This document shows positions 19,701 to 28,364 of a stretch of 64,000 bases of DNA, one piece after another; the first letter of the stretch is position 1; each line of letters starts with the position of its first letter. Position numbers and translations under genes: made by a program. This stretch comes from Polyangiales bacterium. GTDB taxonomy: Bacteria > Myxococcota_A > Polyangia > Polyangiales > Ga0077539. The stretch is taken from the NCBI GenBank assembly GCA_044229975.1, contig JBGARZ010000003.1:448001-512000 (forward strand). The letters run 5' to 3'. The notes under the pieces are model-generated. The model was given only the letters and a program-made list of their open reading frames with translations, was not told the DNA's origin and ran no database searches.

Positions 19701-20576
19701 CTAGCGGCTCCAGACGAGCGAGACGCCTGCGCGAAACTGCGTGGTGACGTTGCGATCGAGGCCGGGAATCGGCACGTCGGTGCTGACGGAGAGCATGGAG
19801 CGGAGGTGCTCCGTCCAGCGGGCGCTCGCCCCCATCGCGAGGAGCGTGCGGCGCGTGTCGCTGCCCTCCACCGACTGCCCGCGCTCGGTCGCCTCTCCCT
19901 CGATCACCTCCGAGAGGGCGACCGTCCATCCAAAGCGCGCCGTCGTCTGGTGCGCCACCGCGACGCCGGCCATCCAGCGAACACCCGGCCGCACGTCACC
20001 GAGCGGCGCGACCCTCACGCCGACCTCGGAGAGCGCGAGCAGGGTCAGCGGCTCCGACACACGCCATCGCAGTTCGGCGCCGAGCGATGGCTCCCACGCG
20101 CCGAGCCCGAGCCCCGTCACGGCCGCGAGCGACCCGTTGCCCGTGCTCCCGGTCGGCGCCCGCAATCCGCCCCACAGCCCCAGCTGCGGAACAACCCTCC
20201 GCAGCGGCGCCGCCGCCTCCCAGCGCGCGCGCACCGAGAGGTCACCCGCCGTCGCTCCTGCGCTCGACGCACCGGGCAGCGTCACGGCCGTGTACGCCGC
20301 GCTCCACTGCGCGGCGAGCTCCAGCGAGGGGATCACCCGCCACGCCGCCGCGAGGTCGAGCAGCGCGCGGTGGGTCGCCACGCCCGGCGGCGTCGACCAC
20401 GCGCGACCCTGCGTATCGACAGAGCCCAGCTCCTCCTGCCACGAGAGCGTCGCCGCCCACGCCACGGTCTCGGCCGGCTGTGTCCACGGCGCGACCGGTC
20501 CGAGCGAAGCGCCGCACGGGCAGGCCATGGCCGACCCGGACGCGAGGCCCACCGAGAGCAGCACCGCGAGGCGCAT
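19701..20576 (-). CDS. Putative outer-membrane beta-barrel transporter with N-terminal CxC
   Basis: Signal peptide followed by CPC; GDLSVRARW, GLRAPTG and GLGLGAW motifs; amphipathic strands ending GVSLVWSR. Confidence 0.7.
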   Translation of the reverse strand: MRLAVLLSVGLASGSAMACPCGASLGPVAPWTQPAETVAWAATLSWQEELGSVDTQGRAWSTPPGVATHRALLDLAAAWRVIPSLELAAQWSAAYTAVTLPGASSAGATAGDLSVRARWEAAAPLRRVVPQLGLWGGLRAPTGSTGNGSLAAVTGLGLGAWEPSLGAELRWRVSEPLTLLALSEVGVRVAPLGDVRPGVRWMAGVAVAHQTTARFGWTVALSEVIEGEATERGQSVEGSDTRRTLLAMGASARWTEHLRSMLSVSTDVPIPGLDRNVTTQFRAGVSLVWSR

Positions 20577-20977
20577 CAGCGGAGAACGGGAGAGAGCAAC
20601 ACCTGGTCGCGCTCGCCGGGGCGGGAGAGCTGGAGGGTGATTTCCCAGCGGCCCGGCATGGTGAGGAGCAGGTCGCTCACGCGGCACGCGCCGTCGGCGC
20701 AGTCGATGCGCGGCGGATCGAAGCCGTGGTCGTGGCCAGGCATGCGAGCCGTGACACCGACGACCGAGGCGGGGCTCCCGCCGGCGTCGGTGGCCCGCAC
20801 CACGAAGCTGTTGCTGCCGCGGCGAAACATCCCGTCGTCGTGTGCGATGTCGAGCGCGAAGGTGCCCCGCTCGGAAGCCGTCGGGAGGGCGTCGTCGGGC
20901 AGCGGGCCAGGGTCGCCACAACCCGTCAGGGCGGCGATGAGCATCAGCGAAAGGAGTCGGGCCACCGCGGGGAGCAT
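20576..20977 (-). CDS. YtkA/FixH-like lipoprotein (putative Cu-binding)
   Basis: Lipobox LTGC; VTARMPGHDHG and LTMPGRWEITL motifs typical of YtkA-like Ig folds. Confidence 0.8.
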   Translation of the reverse strand: MLPAVARLLSLMLIAALTGCGDPGPLPDDALPTASERGTFALDIAHDDGMFRRGSNSFVVRATDAGGSPASVVGVTARMPGHDHGFDPPRIDCADGACRVSDLLLTMPGRWEITLQLSRPGERDQVLLSPVLR

Positions 20978-21029
20978 TGTTTCGGGGCGGACCATGCGAC
21001 CTCGCGCCCGTCGGCTCAAGTGCGCGCGC

Positions 21030-21046
21030 TGCGGCATGATGTCGCA
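21030..21046. promoter_or_regulatory. RegA/PrrA/RegR binding box
   Basis: tGCGGC-atgat-GTCGCa matches the GCGGC-N5-GTCGC consensus and lies in the divergent gap next to regA. Confidence 0.7.
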
Positions 21047-21096
21047 CGCGCAAACCCCTATCGGGCAAGGCGATCGTGGTAGCGATCGAGGGACCG

Positions 21097-21645
21097 ATGG
21101 CGCCCTCCGCCGAGCCCCGCGCGATGCTTCTCTGCGACGACGACCTCCCATTTCGCGCGGCGCTGGGCGCGGCCTTCACCCGGCGCGGCTGGATGGTCCA
21201 CCTCGCGGGCTCTGGGGAAGAGGCCCTCGCCGTGGCCGCGCAGGCCCACCTCACGCGCGCCGTCATCGACCTGCGGATGCCGTCCATGTCGGGGCTGGAC
21301 CTCTTGCGCGAGCTGCTGCGCCGGCAGCCCACGCTCCAGGTGGTGGTGCTCACGGGGTACGGCTCCATCCCGACGGCCATCGAGGCGGTGAAGCGCGGCG
21401 CGGTGAACTACCTCACCAAGCCGGCCGAGCCCGCGGAGATCGACGCGGCCTTCGACGAGCACCCCGACGAGCCCGACGCCCCGGGGCCCGACGTCTCCGT
21501 GCCCTCCCTCGATCGCGCGCAGTGGGAGCACCTCCAGCGTGTTCTCACCGACACCCAGGGCAACATCTCCGAGGCCGCGCGCCGGCTCGGGATGCACCGC
21601 CGCTCGCTGCAACGGAAGCTCCAGAAGCTCCCCCCGCGGCGGTAG
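21097..21645 (+). CDS. regA: RegA/PrrA/ActR-family response regulator
   Basis: Receiver domain (CDDD, IDLRM, LTGYGSI, YLTKP) plus canonical tail WEHLQRVL...GNISEAARRLGMHRRSLQRKL. Confidence 0.92.
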   Translation: MAPSAEPRAMLLCDDDLPFRAALGAAFTRRGWMVHLAGSGEEALAVAAQAHLTRAVIDLRMPSMSGLDLLRELLRRQPTLQVVVLTGYGSIPTAIEAVKRGAVNYLTKPAEPAEIDAAFDEHPDEPDAPGPDVSVPSLDRAQWEHLQRVLTDTQGNISEAARRLGMHRRSLQRKLQKLPPRR

Positions 21646-21654
21646 CTTCGCGCC

Positions 21655-22914
21655 ATGAACGACCACGCGGCACCCCTCGACGCCCGGTGGCTGGTGCGCC
21701 TCCGCTGGGCCGCCATCGCCGCGCAGGTGGCCAGCATCGCAGGCACCCGCTACCTCCTGCACGCGCCCTTTCCCATGGGGCCGCTGATCGGCATCGTCGG
21801 GGCGCTGGTGGTGGTCAACCTCGTGCTCTCGCTTCGCCTGAGGCGCGGCGGGGCGCTGCCCGATGCCGTCATCGCGGGCAACCTCATGCTCGACGCCGCG
21901 GGCCTCACCGCGCTGCTCATCTTCACCGGCGGCGCGATGAACCCCTTCACCACGCTCTACCTTCTCCAGGTGGCCATCGCGGGGATCATGGTTCCGCGGC
22001 GGTGGAGCCTCGCGGTGACGGTGGGCGCAGTGGCCGCTTTCGGGGGGCTGCTCCTCGCGAGGCCCGAGGCCATCCATGTGTGGCACTCGGCGGGGATGTT
22101 CGAGCTGCACGTCAACGGGATGTGGCTCGCCTTCGCGCTGACGGCGGGCGCCCTGTGGTACTTCGTCGACCGCGTGTCCGAGTCGCTGCGCCGGCGCGAG
22201 TCCGAGCTCACCCGCGCGCGCCTCGACCGCGAGCGCGCCGTCCGCCAGAGCGCCCTCGGTACCGTCGCCGCCGGGGCCGCCCACGAGCTCAACACCCCGC
22301 TCGGCACCGTGGCCATCCTCGCCTCGGAGCTCTCGGAGATTCTTTCTGAGTTGCCCGAAGCGAAGGCGCAGGCCGATCGCATCCGCGAGGAGGTGCGCCG
22401 CTGCAAGGCCATCCTCGGCCGCATGCGCCGCCCCGCCGAGGCCGGAGCGGGCGAGCGCGAGACCGTCGTCGTGGTCCGCTGGCTGCGCGCGTTGGTGGAG
22501 CAGTGGTCGGCCGGAGAGAGTGGGTTTCCCGTCACCCTCGACCTCGGCGCGGAGGGCGCCGAGCGCGCCATCGACACCGAGGCGATGCGCCAGGCCGTGG
22601 TGAGCCTGCTCGACAACGCGCGCCACGCCACCGAGGCCGCCGATCGACGCGACCCCATCGTGGTCTCGCTCGCGGCGGACTCCACCGGGTCGCTCACGTT
22701 GCGCGTCGTCGACCGCGGCGTAGGCATCACCGCCGAAGACCTCGCCCACGTCGGCGAGCCCTTCTTCTCCACGCGCGAACCCGGCCAGGGCATGGGCCTC
22801 GGCGTCTACCTCGCGCAGGGCACCGCCGCCCTCCACGGCGGCGCGCTCACGCTCGGCTCCGACCCGACCGGAACCACCGCCACCCTCACCCTGCCGCCAT
22901 CGGGAGACACTTGA
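21655..22914 (+). CDS. regB: RegB/PrrB/ActS-family redox sensor histidine kinase
   Basis: LRWAAI, quinone-site GGAMNPF, AAHELNTPL, redox Cys in RRCKAIL, EPFFST, GMGLG. Confidence 0.9.
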   Translation: MNDHAAPLDARWLVRLRWAAIAAQVASIAGTRYLLHAPFPMGPLIGIVGALVVVNLVLSLRLRRGGALPDAVIAGNLMLDAAGLTALLIFTGGAMNPFTTLYLLQVAIAGIMVPRRWSLAVTVGAVAAFGGLLLARPEAIHVWHSAGMFELHVNGMWLAFALTAGALWYFVDRVSESLRRRESELTRARLDRERAVRQSALGTVAAGAAHELNTPLGTVAILASELSEILSELPEAKAQADRIREEVRRCKAILGRMRRPAEAGAGERETVVVVRWLRALVEQWSAGESGFPVTLDLGAEGAERAIDTEAMRQAVVSLLDNARHATEAADRRDPIVVSLAADSTGSLTLRVVDRGVGITAEDLAHVGEPFFSTREPGQGMGLGVYLAQGTAALHGGALTLGSDPTGTTATLTLPPSGDT

Positions 22915-22944
22915 AGCACAGACCCAATCGCACGCCACAGTCTA

Positions 22945-22973
22945 TTGCAATGCTGTTGCATCAACTGTATACG
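22945..22973 (+). promoter_or_regulatory. Sigma70-like promoter overlapped by a TGCAA-N5-TTGCA palindrome (candidate Fur/Zur operator)
   Basis: TTGCAA-N17-TATACG; perfect inverted repeat at 22946-22960 in an AT-rich patch just upstream of the TonB-dependent receptor. Confidence 0.65.
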
Positions 22974-22981
22974 TCGGGCGG

Positions 22982-25261
22982 ATGGACGGCGGGTTCAGCG
23001 GTCGGAGGCGGTACGTAACAGGGCGAGCGATCGCCGCGTGCCTCTGTGCGAGCGCCACGGCCTCCGCCCAGACGCCACCGGCCGAACCCGCGGCGACGTC
23101 TTCCGAGCCCCCGGCCCTCGCCACCCCGCCGGTCACGGTCGAAGCCCCACCTGCGGATGGCGGAGCGGGCGAGGCGGTGGTCATCGGGCGAGGCCAGCCA
23201 CCGCGCGGTGCCGGTGACGTCAACATCACCCTCGGAGCGCTCTCGCAGGTGCCCCGTTCGAGCGCGGGCGACATCCTGCGATTGGCGCCGGGGATGTTCC
23301 TGTCCAACGGGCTCGGCGAGGGTCACGCCGACCAGGTGTTTCTGCGCGGCTTCGACGCGCGCAGCGGGCAAGACCTGGAGTTCACCGTCAACGGCGTCCC
23401 CATCAACGAGCCCGCGCATCCGCACGGCCAGGGCTACGCCGACACGCACTTCCTCATCCCCGAGCTCGTCGAGTCGGTGCGCGTGCTCGAAGGCCCCTTC
23501 GACCCGCGGCAGGGCGACTTCGCCGTCGCCGGGTCGGCCCAGTACACCCTCCGCCTCCCCGCGCGCGGCGCGCACATCCAGTACCGCTTCGGGTCCTTCA
23601 ACACGCACCGCGCGCTCGCGATCTGGGGGCCCGACGGCGAGAGCGCGGGCACCTTCGGCGGCGTCGAGCTCGGCACCAGCGACGGCTACGGGCAAAACCG
23701 CAGCTTCGAGCGCGCCACCGCCAACGCGCAGTACGAGGGCCACTCGGGGTCGCTCACCTGGCGGGTGCTGCTGGCCTCCTACGGCATCCGCTACCGCTCG
23801 GCGGGCGTCATTCGCGAGGACGACTACCGCGCCGGTCGCATCGGCTACTACGACACCTACGACCCGACGCAGGGCAGCGAGGTGTCGCGCCACCTCGTGT
23901 CCGCCGAGCTCGAAAGCACGCGCACCGCGGCGGTGCTGCGGGCGCAGGTGTGGGGCTCGCTACGCAGCTTCCGCCTGCGCGAGAACTTCACCGGCTCGCT
24001 GCTCGATGTGCAGCAGGCGTGGCAGTCGCCGCACGCCCAGCGCGGCGACGCCATCGACCAGTCGGCCTCCACCCTCGACGTCGGGATGCGCGCCTCGGCC
24101 CGCCTCCGCACGACGTGGCGCACGCGTGTGCAGTCGCTGGAGTTCGGCGCCTACGGTCGGCACAACGCCGTCGACAGCGCCCAGCAGCGGCTGCGCTCGA
24201 CCACCAACGTCCCCTACCTCACCGACTACAGCCTCGGTAACAGCGTCTCCAACCTCGCGCTCTACGCCGACGCCGAGTTTCGCCCGTGGAGCTGGCTCGT
24301 GGTGCGCGGCGGCGTGCGCGCCGACCTCTTCCAGTACGACGTGCTCGACCGCTGCGCCGTCCACGGCGTCGTGGTGCGCGGCGCGCCGCTCGACACCGAG
24401 TGCCTCTCGGCCGACCGCGCGGGCTACCGCAGCCCCACCGAGCGGCGCACCTCCGGCGGCGTCGCGTGGCAGCCGCGCGGCTCCGTCTTCGTCGGCCCGT
24501 GGAAGGGCTTCACCGTCGCGATGAGCGCGGGCCTCGGCGCCCGATCAGCCGACCCGGTGTACCTCGGCAACGACCAGCAGTTGCCGTTCAGCCCCATCAC
24601 GGCGCTGGAGGGCGGCGTGGTCTTCAACCGTCGCCTCGGGCCCTTCGCCCTCAACGCCCGCGCGCTCTACTACCGCACGCACGTCGGGCAGGACCTCATC
24701 TTCAACGAGGCCGAGGGCCGCAACTCCCTCGCCTCGGGCACCACCCGCCAGGGCGCCCTCATGGCCGCGCGCGCGACCAGCACGCAGTTCGACCTCGCGG
24801 CGCACGTGACCTTCGCGCGGGCGACCTTCGACGACGACGGATACCTGGTGCCGTATGTTCCGTCGTGGGTGGCGCGCTTCGACGGGGCCTGGCATCGGCC
24901 GCTCCCGTGGCGCATCCGCGGCCGCGCCATCACCGCCACGGCGGGCGTCGGCGTGTCCTACGTCTCACCGCGCCCGCTGCCCTACTCCGAGCAGGGCGAG
25001 TCCATCTTCACCGTCGACGCGCAGGTCGGCGCGCGCTGGGCCTACTTCGAGCTCGGCTTCGCCGCGTCCAACCTCTTCGACGCTCGCTACGCCTGGGGTC
25101 AGTACAACTTCGCCAGCGACTTCGGCGGCCGCGACTTCCCCACGCTCGTCCCCGCCCGCCACTTCACGCCCGGGCCACCGCGACAGCTCTTCGTCACCTT
25201 CACCCTCCACCTCGGCGCCGAAGCCGCGCGCCACGGCGCCCCGACGGAGCCACCCCGATGA
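22982..25261 (+). CDS. TonB-dependent receptor
   Basis: Plug motifs (LRGFD, NGVPIN, LIPELVESVRVLEGPF, AVAGS), barrel, and C-terminal NLFDARY...PGPPRQLFVTFTLHL. Confidence 0.92.
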   Translation: MDGGFSGRRRYVTGRAIAACLCASATASAQTPPAEPAATSSEPPALATPPVTVEAPPADGGAGEAVVIGRGQPPRGAGDVNITLGALSQVPRSSAGDILRLAPGMFLSNGLGEGHADQVFLRGFDARSGQDLEFTVNGVPINEPAHPHGQGYADTHFLIPELVESVRVLEGPFDPRQGDFAVAGSAQYTLRLPARGAHIQYRFGSFNTHRALAIWGPDGESAGTFGGVELGTSDGYGQNRSFERATANAQYEGHSGSLTWRVLLASYGIRYRSAGVIREDDYRAGRIGYYDTYDPTQGSEVSRHLVSAELESTRTAAVLRAQVWGSLRSFRLRENFTGSLLDVQQAWQSPHAQRGDAIDQSASTLDVGMRASARLRTTWRTRVQSLEFGAYGRHNAVDSAQQRLRSTTNVPYLTDYSLGNSVSNLALYADAEFRPWSWLVVRGGVRADLFQYDVLDRCAVHGVVVRGAPLDTECLSADRAGYRSPTERRTSGGVAWQPRGSVFVGPWKGFTVAMSAGLGARSADPVYLGNDQQLPFSPITALEGGVVFNRRLGPFALNARALYYRTHVGQDLIFNEAEGRNSLASGTTRQGALMAARATSTQFDLAAHVTFARATFDDDGYLVPYVPSWVARFDGAWHRPLPWRIRGRAITATAGVGVSYVSPRPLPYSEQGESIFTVDAQVGARWAYFELGFAASNLFDARYAWGQYNFASDFGGRDFPTLVPARHFTPGPPRQLFVTFTLHLGAEAARHGAPTEPPR

Positions 25262-26043
25262 AGCGACTCGCCCTCGCCCTCGCGTTCACGCTCGCCGCAT
25301 GCGGCGACACCACCGGATCACAGCGCGTGACCTTCGCGGTCGAGGCCGCGGGCCCCGAGCGCGACGCCGCCCAACCGCTCGCCTTCGACAACGACCAGGG
25401 CTGGTCCATCACGCTGAGCGAGGCGCGCGTGGCGCTCGGTCCCGTCTACCTCAACACCATCGCCCCGTTGGAGGGCGGACTCTGGCGACGCCTCGGCGAC
25501 GCGCTGCTCCCGAGCGCCTACGCCCACGGCGGGTCGCACCTCTCGGCGGGCCGCATCGTCGGACAGGTGACCACGCAGGTGGAGGTCGACGTGCTCGCTC
25601 CCGCGATGGTCGCCATCCCCGGCGGCGGTGATGGTGTCGGCGACGCGGCGCTCACCGCGGAGGTCTGGCTCTACAACCGCGACGGCGTGCTGGGCGGCGC
25701 GGCGATGCGCGTGGCGGGCGTGGCGCGACGCGGGGCCGAAGAGGTCACCTTCGAGGGCTCGCTGGTCATCGATCAGGACCTCGTGGCCACCGGCGGAACC
25801 ATCGATGAAGCCCGTCGGGTGCGCGGCATCCCGGCGCCCGTGACGCTCGTCGACGGCGGATCGCTGCGCGTTCGCGTCGACCCGCGCGGGTGGTTCAACG
25901 GAGCGGACTTCAGCGAGCTCGCCCGGGGTACGGCCCGCGACGGCCGCTACCGCTTCTCCAACACGGACAACGTGGGCAGGGCCTTCGCGGCGCACGCCCG
26001 CTCTCGCTCGGCCTTCTCGATCTCCTTCGCTCCGCCGCGCTGA
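25258..26043 (+). CDS. TBDR-associated lipoprotein
   Basis: Lipobox LAAC; internal AYAHGGSH motif; ATGA overlap with the receptor gene. Confidence 0.8.
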   Translation: MKRLALALAFTLAACGDTTGSQRVTFAVEAAGPERDAAQPLAFDNDQGWSITLSEARVALGPVYLNTIAPLEGGLWRRLGDALLPSAYAHGGSHLSAGRIVGQVTTQVEVDVLAPAMVAIPGGGDGVGDAALTAEVWLYNRDGVLGGAAMRVAGVARRGAEEVTFEGSLVIDQDLVATGGTIDEARRVRGIPAPVTLVDGGSLRVRVDPRGWFNGADFSELARGTARDGRYRFSNTDNVGRAFAAHARSRSAFSISFAPPR

Positions 26044-26088
26044 CCGCGCGCCACATCTCCGCTGCCTCCTCGAAAGGAACGGTCTTCC

Positions 26089-27324
26089 ATGAAGTCACCC
26101 GTGAAGGGATACGCTCGTCTTTCGTCCATCACGCTCACCCTCGCGGCGATGCTCGGCGCTTGCAGCGATCCGGCGCCCGCGACCAACGACGCCGCCGTCG
26201 CCGATGCGGGCTCCATCTCCGACGTCGTGCTGCCGACGGGTGACGCCGCGGTGCTCCCGCCCTCCTTCGCGACGCCCGTGGCGGCGGCGTTCACGGCGAC
26301 CAACCGCGACCCGCGCACCATCCAGGTGAGCATCTCCACCGAAGACCTCGGGCAGTCGGGCTTCGACTACTCGGCCACACCCGCGAGCGGCGCGGTGGTC
26401 TTCGTCGACGGCTGGGAGGTCCGCTTCTCCCGCATCATCGTCACCGTTGGAAACATCCGCCTCAACCGGCCCGGCTCGACGCCCTCGGACCAGTCGTCCG
26501 TCGGTGCGGCCGTCGCCGCTGTGCCCGGGGTCTTCGCCGTCGACGCGCAGAAGGCTGGGCCCCTCACGGGCGCCGGCGGAGCACCCGAGACCGCCATTCC
26601 CCTCGCCGTGATTCGCGCGCCCTCCGCGGGCGGAACCCTCGACCCGACGGTTCGCTACGCCTTCAGCTACGACGCGGTGCCCGCCTCTCCGAGCGCGACC
26701 AACGTCAACCTCGACGCGTCCGGTGTCGCCCTCTACGAGCAGATGATTCGCCGCGGGTGGACCCAGTACGTGGAGGGCGTCGCGACCTACCGCGGGACCA
26801 CCACCGGACTGCCCGCCGTCTTCGCGGACTACCCCACCGCGGTGACCTTCCGCCTCGGGTGGGCGTCGCCCGCGCAGTACCTCAACTGCAACAACCCCGA
26901 CAACGGCGGCGACGACATGCCCGGCGTCCAACCCTCCGCGAGCAACGCCGCGCGCGCGCAGATCACCTTCCACATGGACCACCTCTTCTGGGGCGCCCTC
27001 GGCGTCGAAGACCCGCCTCCGCACTTCGATCAGTTCGCGGCGCGCTCGCAGCTCGTCGACGGCGTGAGCGTCGTGACCCTCGACGACCTCCAGGGGGTTG
27101 TTCCCACCAACCTCGTCGACCGGATGATGCGCCCGGTGCCCGACCGCGGCGGTCAGACCATGGGCTACACCCCCCGCAACGCGGCCGCCCTCAGCCTTGA
27201 GCTCGGAGGGACTTCGGGCATCCGCGACCTGCGCGACTTCGCGACGTACTCGGCGCGAGCGGGCGGTCACCTCAACGCCGATGGGCTGTGCTTCGTCCGC
27301 CCGTCGGGGGCGATCATGTACTGA
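26089..27324 (+). CDS. TBDR-associated lipoprotein
   Basis: Lipobox LGAC; FVDGWEVRF, ITFHMDHLFW and GHLNADGLC motifs. Confidence 0.8.
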   Translation: MKSPVKGYARLSSITLTLAAMLGACSDPAPATNDAAVADAGSISDVVLPTGDAAVLPPSFATPVAAAFTATNRDPRTIQVSISTEDLGQSGFDYSATPASGAVVFVDGWEVRFSRIIVTVGNIRLNRPGSTPSDQSSVGAAVAAVPGVFAVDAQKAGPLTGAGGAPETAIPLAVIRAPSAGGTLDPTVRYAFSYDAVPASPSATNVNLDASGVALYEQMIRRGWTQYVEGVATYRGTTTGLPAVFADYPTAVTFRLGWASPAQYLNCNNPDNGGDDMPGVQPSASNAARAQITFHMDHLFWGALGVEDPPPHFDQFAARSQLVDGVSVVTLDDLQGVVPTNLVDRMMRPVPDRGGQTMGYTPRNAAALSLELGGTSGIRDLRDFATYSARAGGHLNADGLCFVRPSGAIMY

Positions 27325-28338
27325 TCAGCGAGCGGGCTTCGGGTGGGCGAGCAGCCAGTCGAGCGCGAGCGTCGACCACTGCCCGTTGAGCGCCGGGAGG
27401 TGCGCGCCGCCCGTGATGGTCCAGAGCTCGGCCGCGCCGCCCATGCAGCCGTCGTGGCGCTCGACGCGGGTCTCGGCGCCCGCGAGGGCGGTGTCGAGGT
27501 CGATCGAAGACACCATCGTGCGCGTCGTGTTGCAGCGGTTGTTGGTCGCCCAGCGCGCGACGCTGGTGATGGCGCTCGGGTACATGAAGCCCGCGTTGGA
27601 TCCGCCTTCGTAACGGATGGTCATGTCGGCGGTGCCGTGCACCTGGAGCACGGACACGGGCTCGGTCGGCGTGCACAGGCTCGCGGTGTTGTTGGTGGCG
27701 CCCGCGAGGCTCACCACCGCGGCGATGCGGCCCGAGCGATCGCACGCCATCCGGTGCGCCATGAAGCCGCCGTTGGAGTGACCGATGAGGAAGATGCGGC
27801 GCGGGTCGACGGCGTAGCGCGCCGAGACGTCGTCGATGATCGCGTCGAGGTAGCCGACGTCGTCGATGTTGGCGCGGGCGAAGTCGCAGCAGGCGTCGGT
27901 GGCGTTCCAGAAGCGGCGGGCCGACGCGTCGAGGGTGCCGTCGGGGATCGCGTACAGGACGCCCCGGCCGCGCGTGATGCGCGACATGCCGAAGTAGAGG
28001 TCCTGGATGGAGCCCGTGGTGCCGTAGCCATGGAGGAGGATGAGCAGCGGCGCGCCCGTCGGGGCGACCTCGTCGGGCACCACCAGGCGGTATGGGCGCT
28101 CGGCGATGCGGCGCGCGACCGCCTCGGGGACGTCCACCGCGCGGCCCACGTCGACGGGCTCGGGCGGGACGTCTTCCACCACCGGGACATCCACGGCGGT
28201 GCCAGCATCGGGAGTGCGACCGAGGTCGGCGACCGTTCCGACGTCGACGGCGGGGGTGCCGGCGTCGGCGTCGAAGGGTGACTCGGACGAGCAGCCCGCG
28301 GCGACGAGGAGCATGAGGGCGGCGGACGAGAGCTTCAT
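27325..28338 (-). CDS. LpqC/PHB-depolymerase-family esterase lipoprotein
   Basis: LHGYG, WNATDACC, DDVGYL, GHSNGG, HGTAD, GGAH; lipobox AAGC. Confidence 0.9.
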   Translation of the reverse strand: MKLSSAALMLLVAAGCSSESPFDADAGTPAVDVGTVADLGRTPDAGTAVDVPVVEDVPPEPVDVGRAVDVPEAVARRIAERPYRLVVPDEVAPTGAPLLILLHGYGTTGSIQDLYFGMSRITRGRGVLYAIPDGTLDASARRFWNATDACCDFARANIDDVGYLDAIIDDVSARYAVDPRRIFLIGHSNGGFMAHRMACDRSGRIAAVVSLAGATNNTASLCTPTEPVSVLQVHGTADMTIRYEGGSNAGFMYPSAITSVARWATNNRCNTTRTMVSSIDLDTALAGAETRVERHDGCMGGAAELWTITGGAHLPALNGQWSTLALDWLLAHPKPAR

Positions 28339-28364
28339 GGGCGGCGAATCCTTGGCGCGAGGCG

